Of a DNA stretch of 64,000 nucleotides, positions 34,758 to 42,915 are shown one piece after another; within the stretch, counting starts at the first letter, position 1, and each line of letters begins with the position of its first letter. Where the stretch lies: assembly GCA_017521025.1 (NCBI GenBank), contig JAFXEB010000009.1, forward strand, positions 382 through 64,381, read 5' to 3'. This stretch comes from Clostridia bacterium (GTDB lineage: Bacteria > Bacillota > Clostridia > Oscillospirales > CAG-382). Under the pieces are notes generated by a model. That model saw only the letters and a program-made list of their open reading frames with translations, was not told the DNA's origin and ran no database searches. The translations under genes were made by a program, and so were the position numbers.

Positions 34758-37700
34758 TTAATGTATATTCTCGTAGCCTGCGTCTTCTATGAACAGCTTT
34801 ACGCCGAACACGTCATCATAGCTTAATACAAATACCAGCTCAAACGCAAGCTCTCCGTCCCTTGCATTTGTAGAAAAGGCAACGTGTCCCTCTTTAAGCC
34901 TGCTCTGGTCAAAGTAATAGCTGAACCTTTGCACCTCGGGCAGGGTCAGCGTGTCAGCGGTGTTGAGGTCGAAGCTCATGATAAAATCGTATTCTCCATC
35001 CGGGTAGCCGTAGGTCGTAAGTCTTTCACACACCTCCGTGTTTCCCTCGCTAAATGCCTGTAGGAAAGCGCACATCAGCTTCATTGCCTTTTCCTCCTCG
35101 GCGGGTAACAGGGCATTTGAGGGTCTTTCGCCCTCTACCATCTCATACACCAGCCAACCCGAGAAAACTCCCAAGAGCTCGTCAAGCTCGCCCACGTCGG
35201 GCAGACTAACGGTACCGCCCTCACAGCTAAGCATCACGCTTTCTGCCCCGAGGTTGTAAATAACCGTGTTGACCAAAGCGCCGACCCCCTCGTATTGCAT
35301 CGTCGTCCCTGTGGATATGCCCTCGACGTAGGCTCGGTTTACGTCAAGGTATGCTGTGCCGTCCCTTATCTCAAGGCTGTTTATCTTGGAGCCTGCAGGG
35401 AGATTGCCGTGCTTTATAAGCGCTTTCATCATACCCTCTGCCGTCCCGTCATAATACACGTCCTTGGTCACTGAGTAATCATGATAGTATTCCGAGGTGG
35501 CGAACACCTTAAGCTCCTTAAAGGTGTTTTCCACGTGGTCTATGCTTGCGCCGAACACCTTTTCAGCCCTTGTCAGATCGTTATCGCCCTCATTTGCGCT
35601 CAGCTCTGCCCACCTGTCCTCGCTACCGCCGAAATATACCGTATCCAAGGAGGAGCAGCCAAGAAATTGATCGTACCTGATATCTCTCACGCTTTCCGGA
35701 ATAACGATATACATAAGACCCGTGCAGAGCTCGAAGGCGCCCTTGCCGATTTCCAAAATCCCGTCATTAATCGCTATTATTTCGAGCTTTTGGCAGTTCT
35801 CAAAAGCGTAGTTTTCTATCCTTTCCACTCCGTCGGGCAAGGTGTAGACGGCATCGCCTCTCATTGGCAGATATCGCACGATAGTAGTGCATTCCTCGTC
35901 AAAGAGTATTCCGTCCACCAATGTAAAGCTCCTGTTACCGGGCGAAAGCTCTATCTTTTCAAGCGCTGAGGAAGAAAGGGCTCTGTTGCCTATATGGGTG
36001 ACACCGGTGCCGATATACAGCTCCCTTATCTCTGTGCCGAAGAAGGCAAGCTCGCCTATGCTCAAAAGTCCCTTGCCAAGCTTCAGATCAGTAAGACCTG
36101 TACTGTGAAAGGCACCTTTGCCTATAGAAGAAACGCTGTCGGGAAGCACCAAGCTCTTAAGCTTATAGCAGTTCGAAAAAGAGTAGTCGCCAATCACCCT
36201 GAGTCCCTCTGCAAGTCTTACCTCCTCAAGCATTTCGCAGTTACCAAAGGCGCTTTCCTCAACGGTCTTCACACCATCGGGCAGTATTAGGCGCTTAAGC
36301 AGGCGGTTTTGGTAAAAGGCGTATGCGCCTATAAGCTCCGTCCCCTCCTTTACGGTGTAGCTCTCGTCCTCCTTTTCGGAGGGATAATAGAGCAGTGTCT
36401 TACCGTCCTTGGTATACAGTACCCCGTCCTCAGAGCTAAAGCTTTGATTGCCCCCGTCTACCGAGACGCTTTTTGCATTCACATACTTAAAGGCATCGAT
36501 AACGAAAAGCTCAAGGCTTTTCGGCAGGTGAAAACTGCTTGTGTAATTCACCTCCGCCAGCGCCTCGCCGCTTATATACTTTATACCCTCGGGTATACGC
36601 ACCTCATTGGCACTTGCGGGAGTATATACGTATAAAACCGTTCCGTCCTTACTGCAAAGATTTCCGTCCACTGCGCTGAAATATGGGTTATCCCCGTCTA
36701 CCGTAAAACAGCGCACTCCAAAAAACGCCTGTGGGTCTATCCGCCTTGTGCTTGCGGGGATATGTACGCTCTCCACCTGAAGGAAAGCGGAGTAGTTTAT
36801 GTTTCTTACCCCTTCAGGCAGTACAAGCTTGTTTATTTTGATGTGCTTCACCGCACCCGAGGCAATAAGCACAGTGCCTTCCTTTACCTCAAGCTCTCCC
36901 GTGTCCTTCGAGTCTATCAGACAGTTATCTACGTAAAAGCCACCGTTTTCCCAGTTGGCTGCATCGTTGTACAGGGCGGTTCCCTCAAACGCTTCCGAGA
37001 GTATCTCCAATACACCGCTCGGTATATTTATCTCCGAAAGCGCCGTGCAATTCTTAAAGGCGGCGCTCCCTATCACGATAAGGCTCTCGGGCAGACTTAC
37101 GGTTTCAAGCTTTTTGCAGTCCTCAAAGGCTGATGTGTCGATGCGGGTTATGCCCTCGCCTATAACGATGTGCTTTGCCTCTCTCACCTTTGGCTCCTTG
37201 AGACTCCACATGCTGTAAAGCACACCACTGCCCGTTACGGTAAGAGTTCCGTTTTCGTCAAGGCTCCATTTAATATCGTCAGGCTCCTTTGTCTCCTCTC
37301 TCCCAAAGCTTCGCTCGCTTTGCTTGTCGATAAAGCTAAGGGTATCCCCGTCGCAAAGCACACTGCTGAAGGTCTGAGAGCCGCCCATGTTGTACATCAA
37401 AGTAAGGCTTTCGTCCTTGACAAACCATATAAAGTCGGAGGAGTAGCCCTCGTAGCGGCATTTGCCGATACCATTCTTGCTGAAGACATATTCCTTGCCA
37501 ATATCAGCACCAAGTCCGTACCATGTGCCTGCCAACGCATCGGTGATAGCAGCATCCTTTTCTGCGCTTGTAGGTACATCTTCGTCCAGGGCCTCAAGCT
37601 TTTTGACAGTCAGATCGATCTTTGCCTGTATGTCGTCTGTGATTCTCTCCCAATAACCCGTTACCGGAAGGTAGTCTAAATCTAAAAGCCTTTCTGTATC

Positions 37701-40235
37701 CCAATGAAATTCATTATCAAGCCTGTATATGCGGTTGCTTCTGAGTATCTCAAGCATATCCATAGCAGTCTCTTTGTCGGTATTAAGCTCTCTTAACTCA
37801 CCCTCGTATACGGTAGGCAGGATCAATTCGCTACTGTACCTGCACAGCGCATCTATCAGATCAGCAAGCTGTCTGCCTCTCAGGTCAGCGATGTTTTTTG
37901 GACTGTTAGGTACAAATAGGCTTCTTGTAATGACTGTGTTGGAATAATATCTTTCCGTTTCGCTGCTGTATTTGGGGAAAGGTAAGATACCAAAGCTGTC
38001 CTCGGTGTCCTTTAATCTCGGCGCTTTGTTAAGACTTGTGGCAAGGAAAAGTCCACGGCCTTCTGTGAATGGGTTGATATTACATAGCGTAAAGCTGTCG
38101 TATCCTATACCGTATTTCTCTGTATGATACTTATCGAGGTCATACACGATGACGTCGTTTTCGTTTAAGTAAAGTTCGACCGCGGCAATCAGTGCATCGC
38201 TTCGGATCGCTTTCAGCGTGTTGATATAGGGCGTACCGTTTTCGTCCTTCAGAATTACTCTGTTGCCGTCAGAAATAAAGTGGTTGTAGAGCTGTCCTGT
38301 TCCGGTCAGCAGACCGTAAAGGTCACCCTCCGTTCTGACGCCGTCATCGTCAAGATCCTTGCCAAATCCCGTTACTATGTCCTTAAATCTGTCAAAGGTC
38401 CATTCGCCGTCCCGTACGAGCTGATACAAGGCTTCTGCGTCACCGCCGTTTTCCTCGTACAGAGTCTCGTTAAAGAATAGCACGGATGTGGCGCCGGTCT
38501 CTATGCCGGTAATATCACCTGTAAGGAAAAACTGCTTCCCGCAGATGCTAAGCTCATTTATGCCCTCGCTGTACCACCACGGCGCAGATGTATCTATACC
38601 AAGCTTTTTTGTATCATAAATAAGGCCTTGCTCAGCGTAGTTGGTGAAGTAATAAGTTCTACCCAGGCATAAGTCATATTCGCCCGTGCCGCCAAGCACG
38701 TCCTCATAAAGCAGATTTTTCATATCTACGGGCAGATCGGTGACCTTCGTGTTGATAACGCAGTTGTATTCCTTTTGCACCTTATCCAATACCTGCTTCC
38801 TTGCACTGTTTGCGGCAGTCATACTGCCGTCTTCCTCGTTCTCCCAGGCAAGGTCTGTGGACATATCTCTTTTACTTGTATCAAAGTAAGTGCGGTGCTC
38901 AAGCACTGTATACACTCTGCCGCCGTGATTCTTGGGGTCCGGTTCGCCGTCTGCCTCGCTCTCTGAGGATTGAGCGGTGCTTTCTTCCTCCTCGGATATA
39001 CTGCTGCTGTCGTCGGCGGTACCGTTCTCGGCTTTGGGATTTGTCATAAACCCAAGCAGTATGGCAACACAGGCTATCGCCGCAGCTATCATCACCCACA
39101 GCGCAGGCTTTTTGTAATTCAACACAGACCTTATCCTGCTCTTTACGTTTATCTCGCCGAATGCAAGGGGGCAGGCAGTAATAAGTCTTCTCGGAGCACT
39201 GCAGTTTATCAGTGCCATAGAATAGGGCTTTTTGTATTCAAGGCCCAGACCGCCCAACGCCTTTTCGTCAGTTGCATATTCAATATCTCTGCAAAGCAGT
39301 ATGTAAGCAAGCCACATAACGGGATTGAACCAATACACCGCCAGCAGTAAAAAACCAACAGGCTTCCACAGATGATCGCCTCTCCTTATATGGGCTCTCT
39401 CGTGGGCAAGCACGTATTTTGCGTCCTCCCCTGAAATGGAGGAGGGCAGATATATCCTCGGCTTGATAAGCCCTAAAATAAACGGTGTAGGAGCCTTGTC
39501 GCACACCATAACGCCTTTTTCAAGGGGAATTGCCTCTCTTACGGAACGGCGCACTCTGATATAGCTGACAGCAACGTAAGTAAGCATAAGCACTACGCCT
39601 GCCACCCATATTGCGGAGATCACAGGCAATGCTTCTGCAAAAAAGCTTTTGCCCTCTCCGTGGGTGTCGGTCTCCCCATCTCCTTCGGGAGCATCAGGGG
39701 GTGGGGGAGCGGTACCGTCACCCTCTTCCGTGTCAAAGGTGCCGCCGCCCACGGGTGCGCTGTCCTCGGTGCCTTCCGTGCTTTCGCCGCTACCGTCACT
39801 CTCCGAAGACTCGTCAGGCACTGCGCTTTCAGACCCGTCTCCCGAGTTATTGGGAACTACGGTGGTTTCCTCGGAGTCGGTGCTTGACTCTTCGGGTAGA
39901 GAATAGGGCGGCTCATCCTCGGACGAGTCTGTTTCAGATATCGCCTCCTCGCTCTCCGCAAGGCTTTCCTTCGCAGGGTGCGAAAAAGCGCTCTCCTCTA
40001 CAGTGCTGCTCTCCTCTCCGTACGCCACATTTACGGGCGCAGTGTTGGGAATAAGGCTGAATGCGCTTTCCACCGATAAGGGCAGAACAAGCCTGACGGC
40101 TACCAGTGCCCAAAGCATCACCGTGATAAACTTAGGCGCCTTCTTCAATACAAGCCTGAAAGCGATGACCGCAAGTGCCACCCAGCTTGCCGTGATGCTG
40201 ATATTCAGCAACTTTAAAAACAATGCCTCCATCAT
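34758..40235 (-). CDS. Giant BlaR1/MecR1-type M56 peptidase sensor (1825 aa) with a solute-binding-like region, BspA-type leucine-rich repeats and a GerMN-like C-terminal region
   Basis: - The N-terminal transmembrane helices are interrupted by a 130-aa acidic Ser/Glu/Asp/Gly-rich loop.
- The M56 zinc motif HERAH (codons at 39404-39390) sits in the context YVLAHERAHIRRGDHLWK.
- A further transmembrane helix and a Ser/Glu linker follow.
- A long extracytoplasmic part carries many LRR_5/BspA-like units (I..SAF..C..L..V.LP..L..IG..AF).
- A GerMN-like segment (LPAGSKINSLEIRDGTAYLDVN) is near the C-terminus.
- The gene is translationally coupled (ATGA) to the upstream blaI-like gene. Confidence 0.8.
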   Translation of the reverse strand: MMEALFLKLLNISITASWVALAVIAFRLVLKKAPKFITVMLWALVAVRLVLPLSVESAFSLIPNTAPVNVAYGEESSTVEESAFSHPAKESLAESEEAISETDSSEDEPPYSLPEESSTDSEETTVVPNNSGDGSESAVPDESSESDGSGESTEGTEDSAPVGGGTFDTEEGDGTAPPPPDAPEGDGETDTHGEGKSFFAEALPVISAIWVAGVVLMLTYVAVSYIRVRRSVREAIPLEKGVMVCDKAPTPFILGLIKPRIYLPSSISGEDAKYVLAHERAHIRRGDHLWKPVGFLLLAVYWFNPVMWLAYILLCRDIEYATDEKALGGLGLEYKKPYSMALINCSAPRRLITACPLAFGEINVKSRIRSVLNYKKPALWVMIAAAIACVAILLGFMTNPKAENGTADDSSSISEEEESTAQSSESEADGEPDPKNHGGRVYTVLEHRTYFDTSKRDMSTDLAWENEEDGSMTAANSARKQVLDKVQKEYNCVINTKVTDLPVDMKNLLYEDVLGGTGEYDLCLGRTYYFTNYAEQGLIYDTKKLGIDTSAPWWYSEGINELSICGKQFFLTGDITGIETGATSVLFFNETLYEENGGDAEALYQLVRDGEWTFDRFKDIVTGFGKDLDDDGVRTEGDLYGLLTGTGQLYNHFISDGNRVILKDENGTPYINTLKAIRSDALIAAVELYLNENDVIVYDLDKYHTEKYGIGYDSFTLCNINPFTEGRGLFLATSLNKAPRLKDTEDSFGILPFPKYSSETERYYSNTVITRSLFVPNSPKNIADLRGRQLADLIDALCRYSSELILPTVYEGELRELNTDKETAMDMLEILRSNRIYRLDNEFHWDTERLLDLDYLPVTGYWERITDDIQAKIDLTVKKLEALDEDVPTSAEKDAAITDALAGTWYGLGADIGKEYVFSKNGIGKCRYEGYSSDFIWFVKDESLTLMYNMGGSQTFSSVLCDGDTLSFIDKQSERSFGREETKEPDDIKWSLDENGTLTVTGSGVLYSMWSLKEPKVREAKHIVIGEGITRIDTSAFEDCKKLETVSLPESLIVIGSAAFKNCTALSEINIPSGVLEILSEAFEGTALYNDAANWENGGFYVDNCLIDSKDTGELEVKEGTVLIASGAVKHIKINKLVLPEGVRNINYSAFLQVESVHIPASTRRIDPQAFFGVRCFTVDGDNPYFSAVDGNLCSKDGTVLYVYTPASANEVRIPEGIKYISGEALAEVNYTSSFHLPKSLELFVIDAFKYVNAKSVSVDGGNQSFSSEDGVLYTKDGKTLLYYPSEKEDESYTVKEGTELIGAYAFYQNRLLKRLILPDGVKTVEESAFGNCEMLEEVRLAEGLRVIGDYSFSNCYKLKSLVLPDSVSSIGKGAFHSTGLTDLKLGKGLLSIGELAFFGTEIRELYIGTGVTHIGNRALSSSALEKIELSPGNRSFTLVDGILFDEECTTIVRYLPMRGDAVYTLPDGVERIENYAFENCQKLEIIAINDGILEIGKGAFELCTGLMYIVIPESVRDIRYDQFLGCSSLDTVYFGGSEDRWAELSANEGDNDLTRAEKVFGASIDHVENTFKELKVFATSEYYHDYSVTKDVYYDGTAEGMMKALIKHGNLPAGSKINSLEIRDGTAYLDVNRAYVEGISTGTTMQYEGVGALVNTVIYNLGAESVMLSCEGGTVSLPDVGELDELLGVFSGWLVYEMVEGERPSNALLPAEEEKAMKLMCAFLQAFSEGNTEVCERLTTYGYPDGEYDFIMSFDLNTADTLTLPEVQRFSYYFDQSRLKEGHVAFSTNARDGELAFELVFVLSYDDVFGVKLFIEDAGYENIH

Positions 40236-40603
40236 TCTGCCTCCTCATAGCTGTCCACCAGCCGTCTGAGCTGCTCAAGCTCCTCGGCGGTAAGCCGTTT
40301 CTTGGCGGTAAACGCCGCTAAAAAAGCGGGCAAAGAGCCGTCAAACTCCTCCTCTATAAAGCTGTTGCTTTTAGCGGAGTAGTAGTTGTCACGGCTTATC
40401 ACCGAGCTTACGATGCCGCCCTCGTTTTTGAACATCCCCTTATCACACAGCCTTTTCAGCACCGTGTAGGCGGTAGACTTTTTCCAACCAAAGCGCTCCT
40501 CGCATTTCTTTGCAAGCACCCCCGACGGTATAGGCTCGCTCTCCCATATAATATCCGCAAAGCGTGACTCTGCTGTTCCTAAAGAGTAATCGTTCATAGT
40601 CAA
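40232..40603 (-). CDS. BlaI/MecI/CopY family transcriptional repressor (123 aa)
   Basis: The winged-helix N-terminus (ESRFADIIWESEPIPSGVLAKKCEERFGWKKSTAYTVLKRLCDKGMF), the length and the pairing with an M56 sensor gene are all typical of the family. Confidence 0.85.
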   Translation of the reverse strand: MTMNDYSLGTAESRFADIIWESEPIPSGVLAKKCEERFGWKKSTAYTVLKRLCDKGMFKNEGGIVSSVISRDNYYSAKSNSFIEEEFDGSLPAFLAAFTAKKRLTAEELEQLRRLVDSYEEAE

Positions 40604-40615
40604 CCCTCCATTTGT

Positions 40616-40658
40616 GGTCTACATCTGTAGTACAATGTTATTCTACATATTGTAGACC
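40616..40658. promoter_or_regulatory. Candidate BlaI-type operators (two TACA/TGTA dyads) in the blaI-like promoter region
   Basis: The dyads are CTACAtcTGTAG (40619-40630) and TCTACAtatTGTAGA (40642-40656). They are nested in the larger palindrome GGTCTACA...TGTAGACC (40616-40658), 13 nt upstream of the blaI-like start. Confidence 0.6.
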
Positions 40659-40682
40659 AAACTGTCAACTGCAAAAATAACC

Positions 40683-40726
40683 AAAAAATAAGAGTGGGAT
40701 TTGTAAGGCTTTCACAAATCCCACTC
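40683..40726 (-). terminator. Terminator after the MBL/ComEC-like lipoprotein gene
   Basis: gagtgggatttgt (40692-40704) pairs with acaaatcccactc (40714-40726). On the minus strand it is followed by TTATTTTTT. Confidence 0.75.
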
Positions 40727-40733
40727 AATTGCA

Positions 40734-41759
40734 TTATGGCATACAGTTGGTGCAATATTTAATATAGCCTGCCCGTGCGGCATCGGTTATGGTACAAAAA
40801 TACAGGCGGTTGTTCTCTTTGGGCAGACCGCCGCAGCTATTATGGTGCAGTATGCCCGTCTTTTTGTTGCCCACAAACCGCCCTGCTGGGGGTGTTCCTC
40901 TCACGTCGGGCTCTATGCCCTCGAATCGTACCGTTGCCCCGTCGCTGTGACAAATGATATCCCCAAGCTCGTCAGTGCGCAGCACCTGTACGTCGGCATT
41001 GTTAAGTCTGCTCAGTATTTCATCGTGAGGGTGTCCGTACTCGTTGCCCTTGCCGAGGGATATGACACCGTAAGTAGGCATCACCTCTCTCAGAAACAGA
41101 TACGAGGTGGAGGTATAGCTGCCGTGGTGCCCTACCTTTAAAACGTCTGCCGAAAGGTCATATCCTGCCTCTACCATATCGTACTCGCTGAGTCGCTCTG
41201 CGTCTCCCGTAAATAGAAAAGATGTATCTCCGTACTCAAGCTTCAGCACTATAGAGCTGTCATTTACCTCCTCGTAATCCTTCCTCAAAGGGGCAAAAAC
41301 CGTAAAGAAGGCACTGCCAAGGCTGTATTTTTGCCCAAGCTTCGGCATCACAAGAGACTTGCCCTGTGCCCTTGCCGCATTCTTGAGCTTGGCAAAGGTG
41401 CTTGTGTCATATTCCGTAACGGGCGAGAACACCGTCTGTACCTGACAGCAATTGAATGCCGCAGGCAGACCGCCGATATGGTCCTCGTGGGCGTGGGTGC
41501 TTACCACGTAGTCCAGCACCTCCACTCCCTTGTCCTTAAGCACGGAATATATGCGGCTGCTGTCCTCCGTGTTGCCGCCATCGATAAGCATGTAGCGGCC
41601 GTCACACATAATAAGGGATGCGTCAGCCTGCCCAACGTCGATAAACATAACGTAAAAGCTACTCTGCGTCATCGGCTCCTCATCAGCAGGGCATCCCGTG
41701 GCTGTTGCCGTGAACAGCAAAATAATAAGCACGGCAAATATCATATAGCGTTTTTTCAT
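40734..41759 (-). CDS. Secreted MBL-fold lipoprotein (ComEC C-terminal-domain-like) with a Cys-rich C-terminal tail
   Basis: I placed the start at MKKRYMIFAVLIILLFTATATGC (lipobox), after the SD aaggaga. It carries MBL motifs IDVGQADA, STHAHEDHIGG and VGHHGS. The tail is HHNSCGG...YCTNCMP. Confidence 0.8.
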   Translation of the reverse strand: MKKRYMIFAVLIILLFTATATGCPADEEPMTQSSFYVMFIDVGQADASLIMCDGRYMLIDGGNTEDSSRIYSVLKDKGVEVLDYVVSTHAHEDHIGGLPAAFNCCQVQTVFSPVTEYDTSTFAKLKNAARAQGKSLVMPKLGQKYSLGSAFFTVFAPLRKDYEEVNDSSIVLKLEYGDTSFLFTGDAERLSEYDMVEAGYDLSADVLKVGHHGSYTSTSYLFLREVMPTYGVISLGKGNEYGHPHDEILSRLNNADVQVLRTDELGDIICHSDGATVRFEGIEPDVRGTPPAGRFVGNKKTGILHHNSCGGLPKENNRLYFCTITDAARAGYIKYCTNCMP

Positions 41760-41898
41760 ATAGCGCTCTCCTTGTATGGCTAAAGTGTTTCGTGCCACAC
41801 TGTAATTTTAGCGCAAAGTATGCAAAAAATCAAGATTTTACGGCAAAAAATTGCAAGGACAGGTGTGTTATTAGTTATAAGACTGAACTTATTGGTGC

Positions 41899-41928
41899 TT
41901 GACAAGAACGGGTGAAGTATATTATAAT
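41899..41928 (+). promoter_or_regulatory. Promoter for the SLOG/P-loop gene pair
   Basis: TTGACA (41899-41904), an 18-nt spacer, then TATAAT (41923-41928). Confidence 0.65.
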
Positions 41929-41972
41929 ATTGTTGTAATATAATGCGAGAATGTGTGCAGTCGGAGGCGTAT

Positions 41973-42461
41973 ATGACCCTAACGGATTTTGAAAACAGGT
42001 ATAGGCTCAAGGATTGTTGCCTGTTTTCGGGTCACAGGGCTGTAGCTGACAGGGCAGGGCTCAAGGCACGTATCAGCGCCGAGGTGGAGAATCTTATCAA
42101 CCGTGGCGTTACCGTGTATCTTTCCGGCGGCGCTCTCGGCTTTGACACCCTTGCCGCTGAGACAGTGCTTGAGAAAAAGGGCAAGTATCCCTTTGTAAAG
42201 CTGTTTATGGTCCTCCCCTGCAGAGATCAGGACATAAAGTGGTCTGCAAGCGACAGGGCGCATTATGAGGAGATACTGAAAAGGGCAGACCTTGTCCACT
42301 ATATCGGCGAGGCTTATGACGAGGGCTGTATGCTCAGGCGTAACGATTTTATGGTCGAGCGTTCCGGCACCTGCATTGCTTATCTGCGCCAAAGCAAGGG
42401 AGGCACCTTTTACACCGTGTCCTACGCAAAGCGTATGGGGAGGGAGCTGATACTGCTGTGA
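41973..42461 (+). CDS. SLOG-fold DUF1273 (YpsA-like) protein
   Basis: It shows the pattern FSGHR.......L...I...ENLI.RGV..YLSGGALGFDTLAAE.V followed by LPC.DQ. I placed the start at MTLTDF (41973) after ggagg. The track ORF starts 10 codons upstream. Confidence 0.75.
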   Translation: MTLTDFENRYRLKDCCLFSGHRAVADRAGLKARISAEVENLINRGVTVYLSGGALGFDTLAAETVLEKKGKYPFVKLFMVLPCRDQDIKWSASDRAHYEEILKRADLVHYIGEAYDEGCMLRRNDFMVERSGTCIAYLRQSKGGTFYTVSYAKRMGRELILL

Positions 42462-42880
42462 GCGTTGTTCTGTTAAGGGGCAAGATAGGCTCGGGCAAGA
42501 CCTGCCGAGCCGTCTCTCTGTGCGAGGAGACGGGGGCGCAGCATCTGTGCCTGGATTCCGTAACGGACAAGCTTTTTGCAGACGGCTGTCCGGGTAGGGA
42601 GAGGCGGCTTGCCACCGAGCGTGCCGTGCTTGAGTATTTTCTTGAGCTTGCGGTGTCAAACCACGCCGCAGGCAGGGATACCGTTATAGACCACGGTTTC
42701 TGGACAAGGGCGGAGCTGGGCTTTGCCGCCGGCTACCTTGAGGAGAGGGGTGTACCCTATAGGGTGCTCACCCTCGAGGCTGATTTTGAAACAAGGCTTA
42801 TGAGAGTCGCCGCCCGTGGCGACGGGGAGCGCTTTGACCGTGAGAGGCTTGCGTTTTTCGATAGCTTGTTTGAGGAATAA
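42458..42880 (+). CDS. Small P-loop NTPase/kinase (AAA_33-like, 140 aa)
   Basis: It has the Walker A motif LRGKIGSGKT. Its GTG start overlaps the upstream stop (GTGA). Confidence 0.7.
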   Translation: MSVVLLRGKIGSGKTCRAVSLCEETGAQHLCLDSVTDKLFADGCPGRERRLATERAVLEYFLELAVSNHAAGRDTVIDHGFWTRAELGFAAGYLEERGVPYRVLTLEADFETRLMRVAARGDGERFDRERLAFFDSLFEE

Positions 42881-42915
42881 TGGATAATTTATCATAGAAT
42901 TGAGAGGACTCTGTA

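Noticed and set aside
39650-40000. Ser/Asp/Glu/Gly-rich low-complexity coding tract as a possible hypervariable or DGR target region
   Set aside because: There is no reverse transcriptase, no template repeat and no adenine-specific mismatch pattern in the window. The tract is a compositionally biased linker inside the BlaR1-like N-terminus.
41979-42659. 226-aa minus-strand ORF opposite the SLOG and P-loop genes
   Set aside because: It is an Arg/Pro/Ala-rich antisense translation. The plus-strand genes have a promoter, an SD and recognisable motifs.
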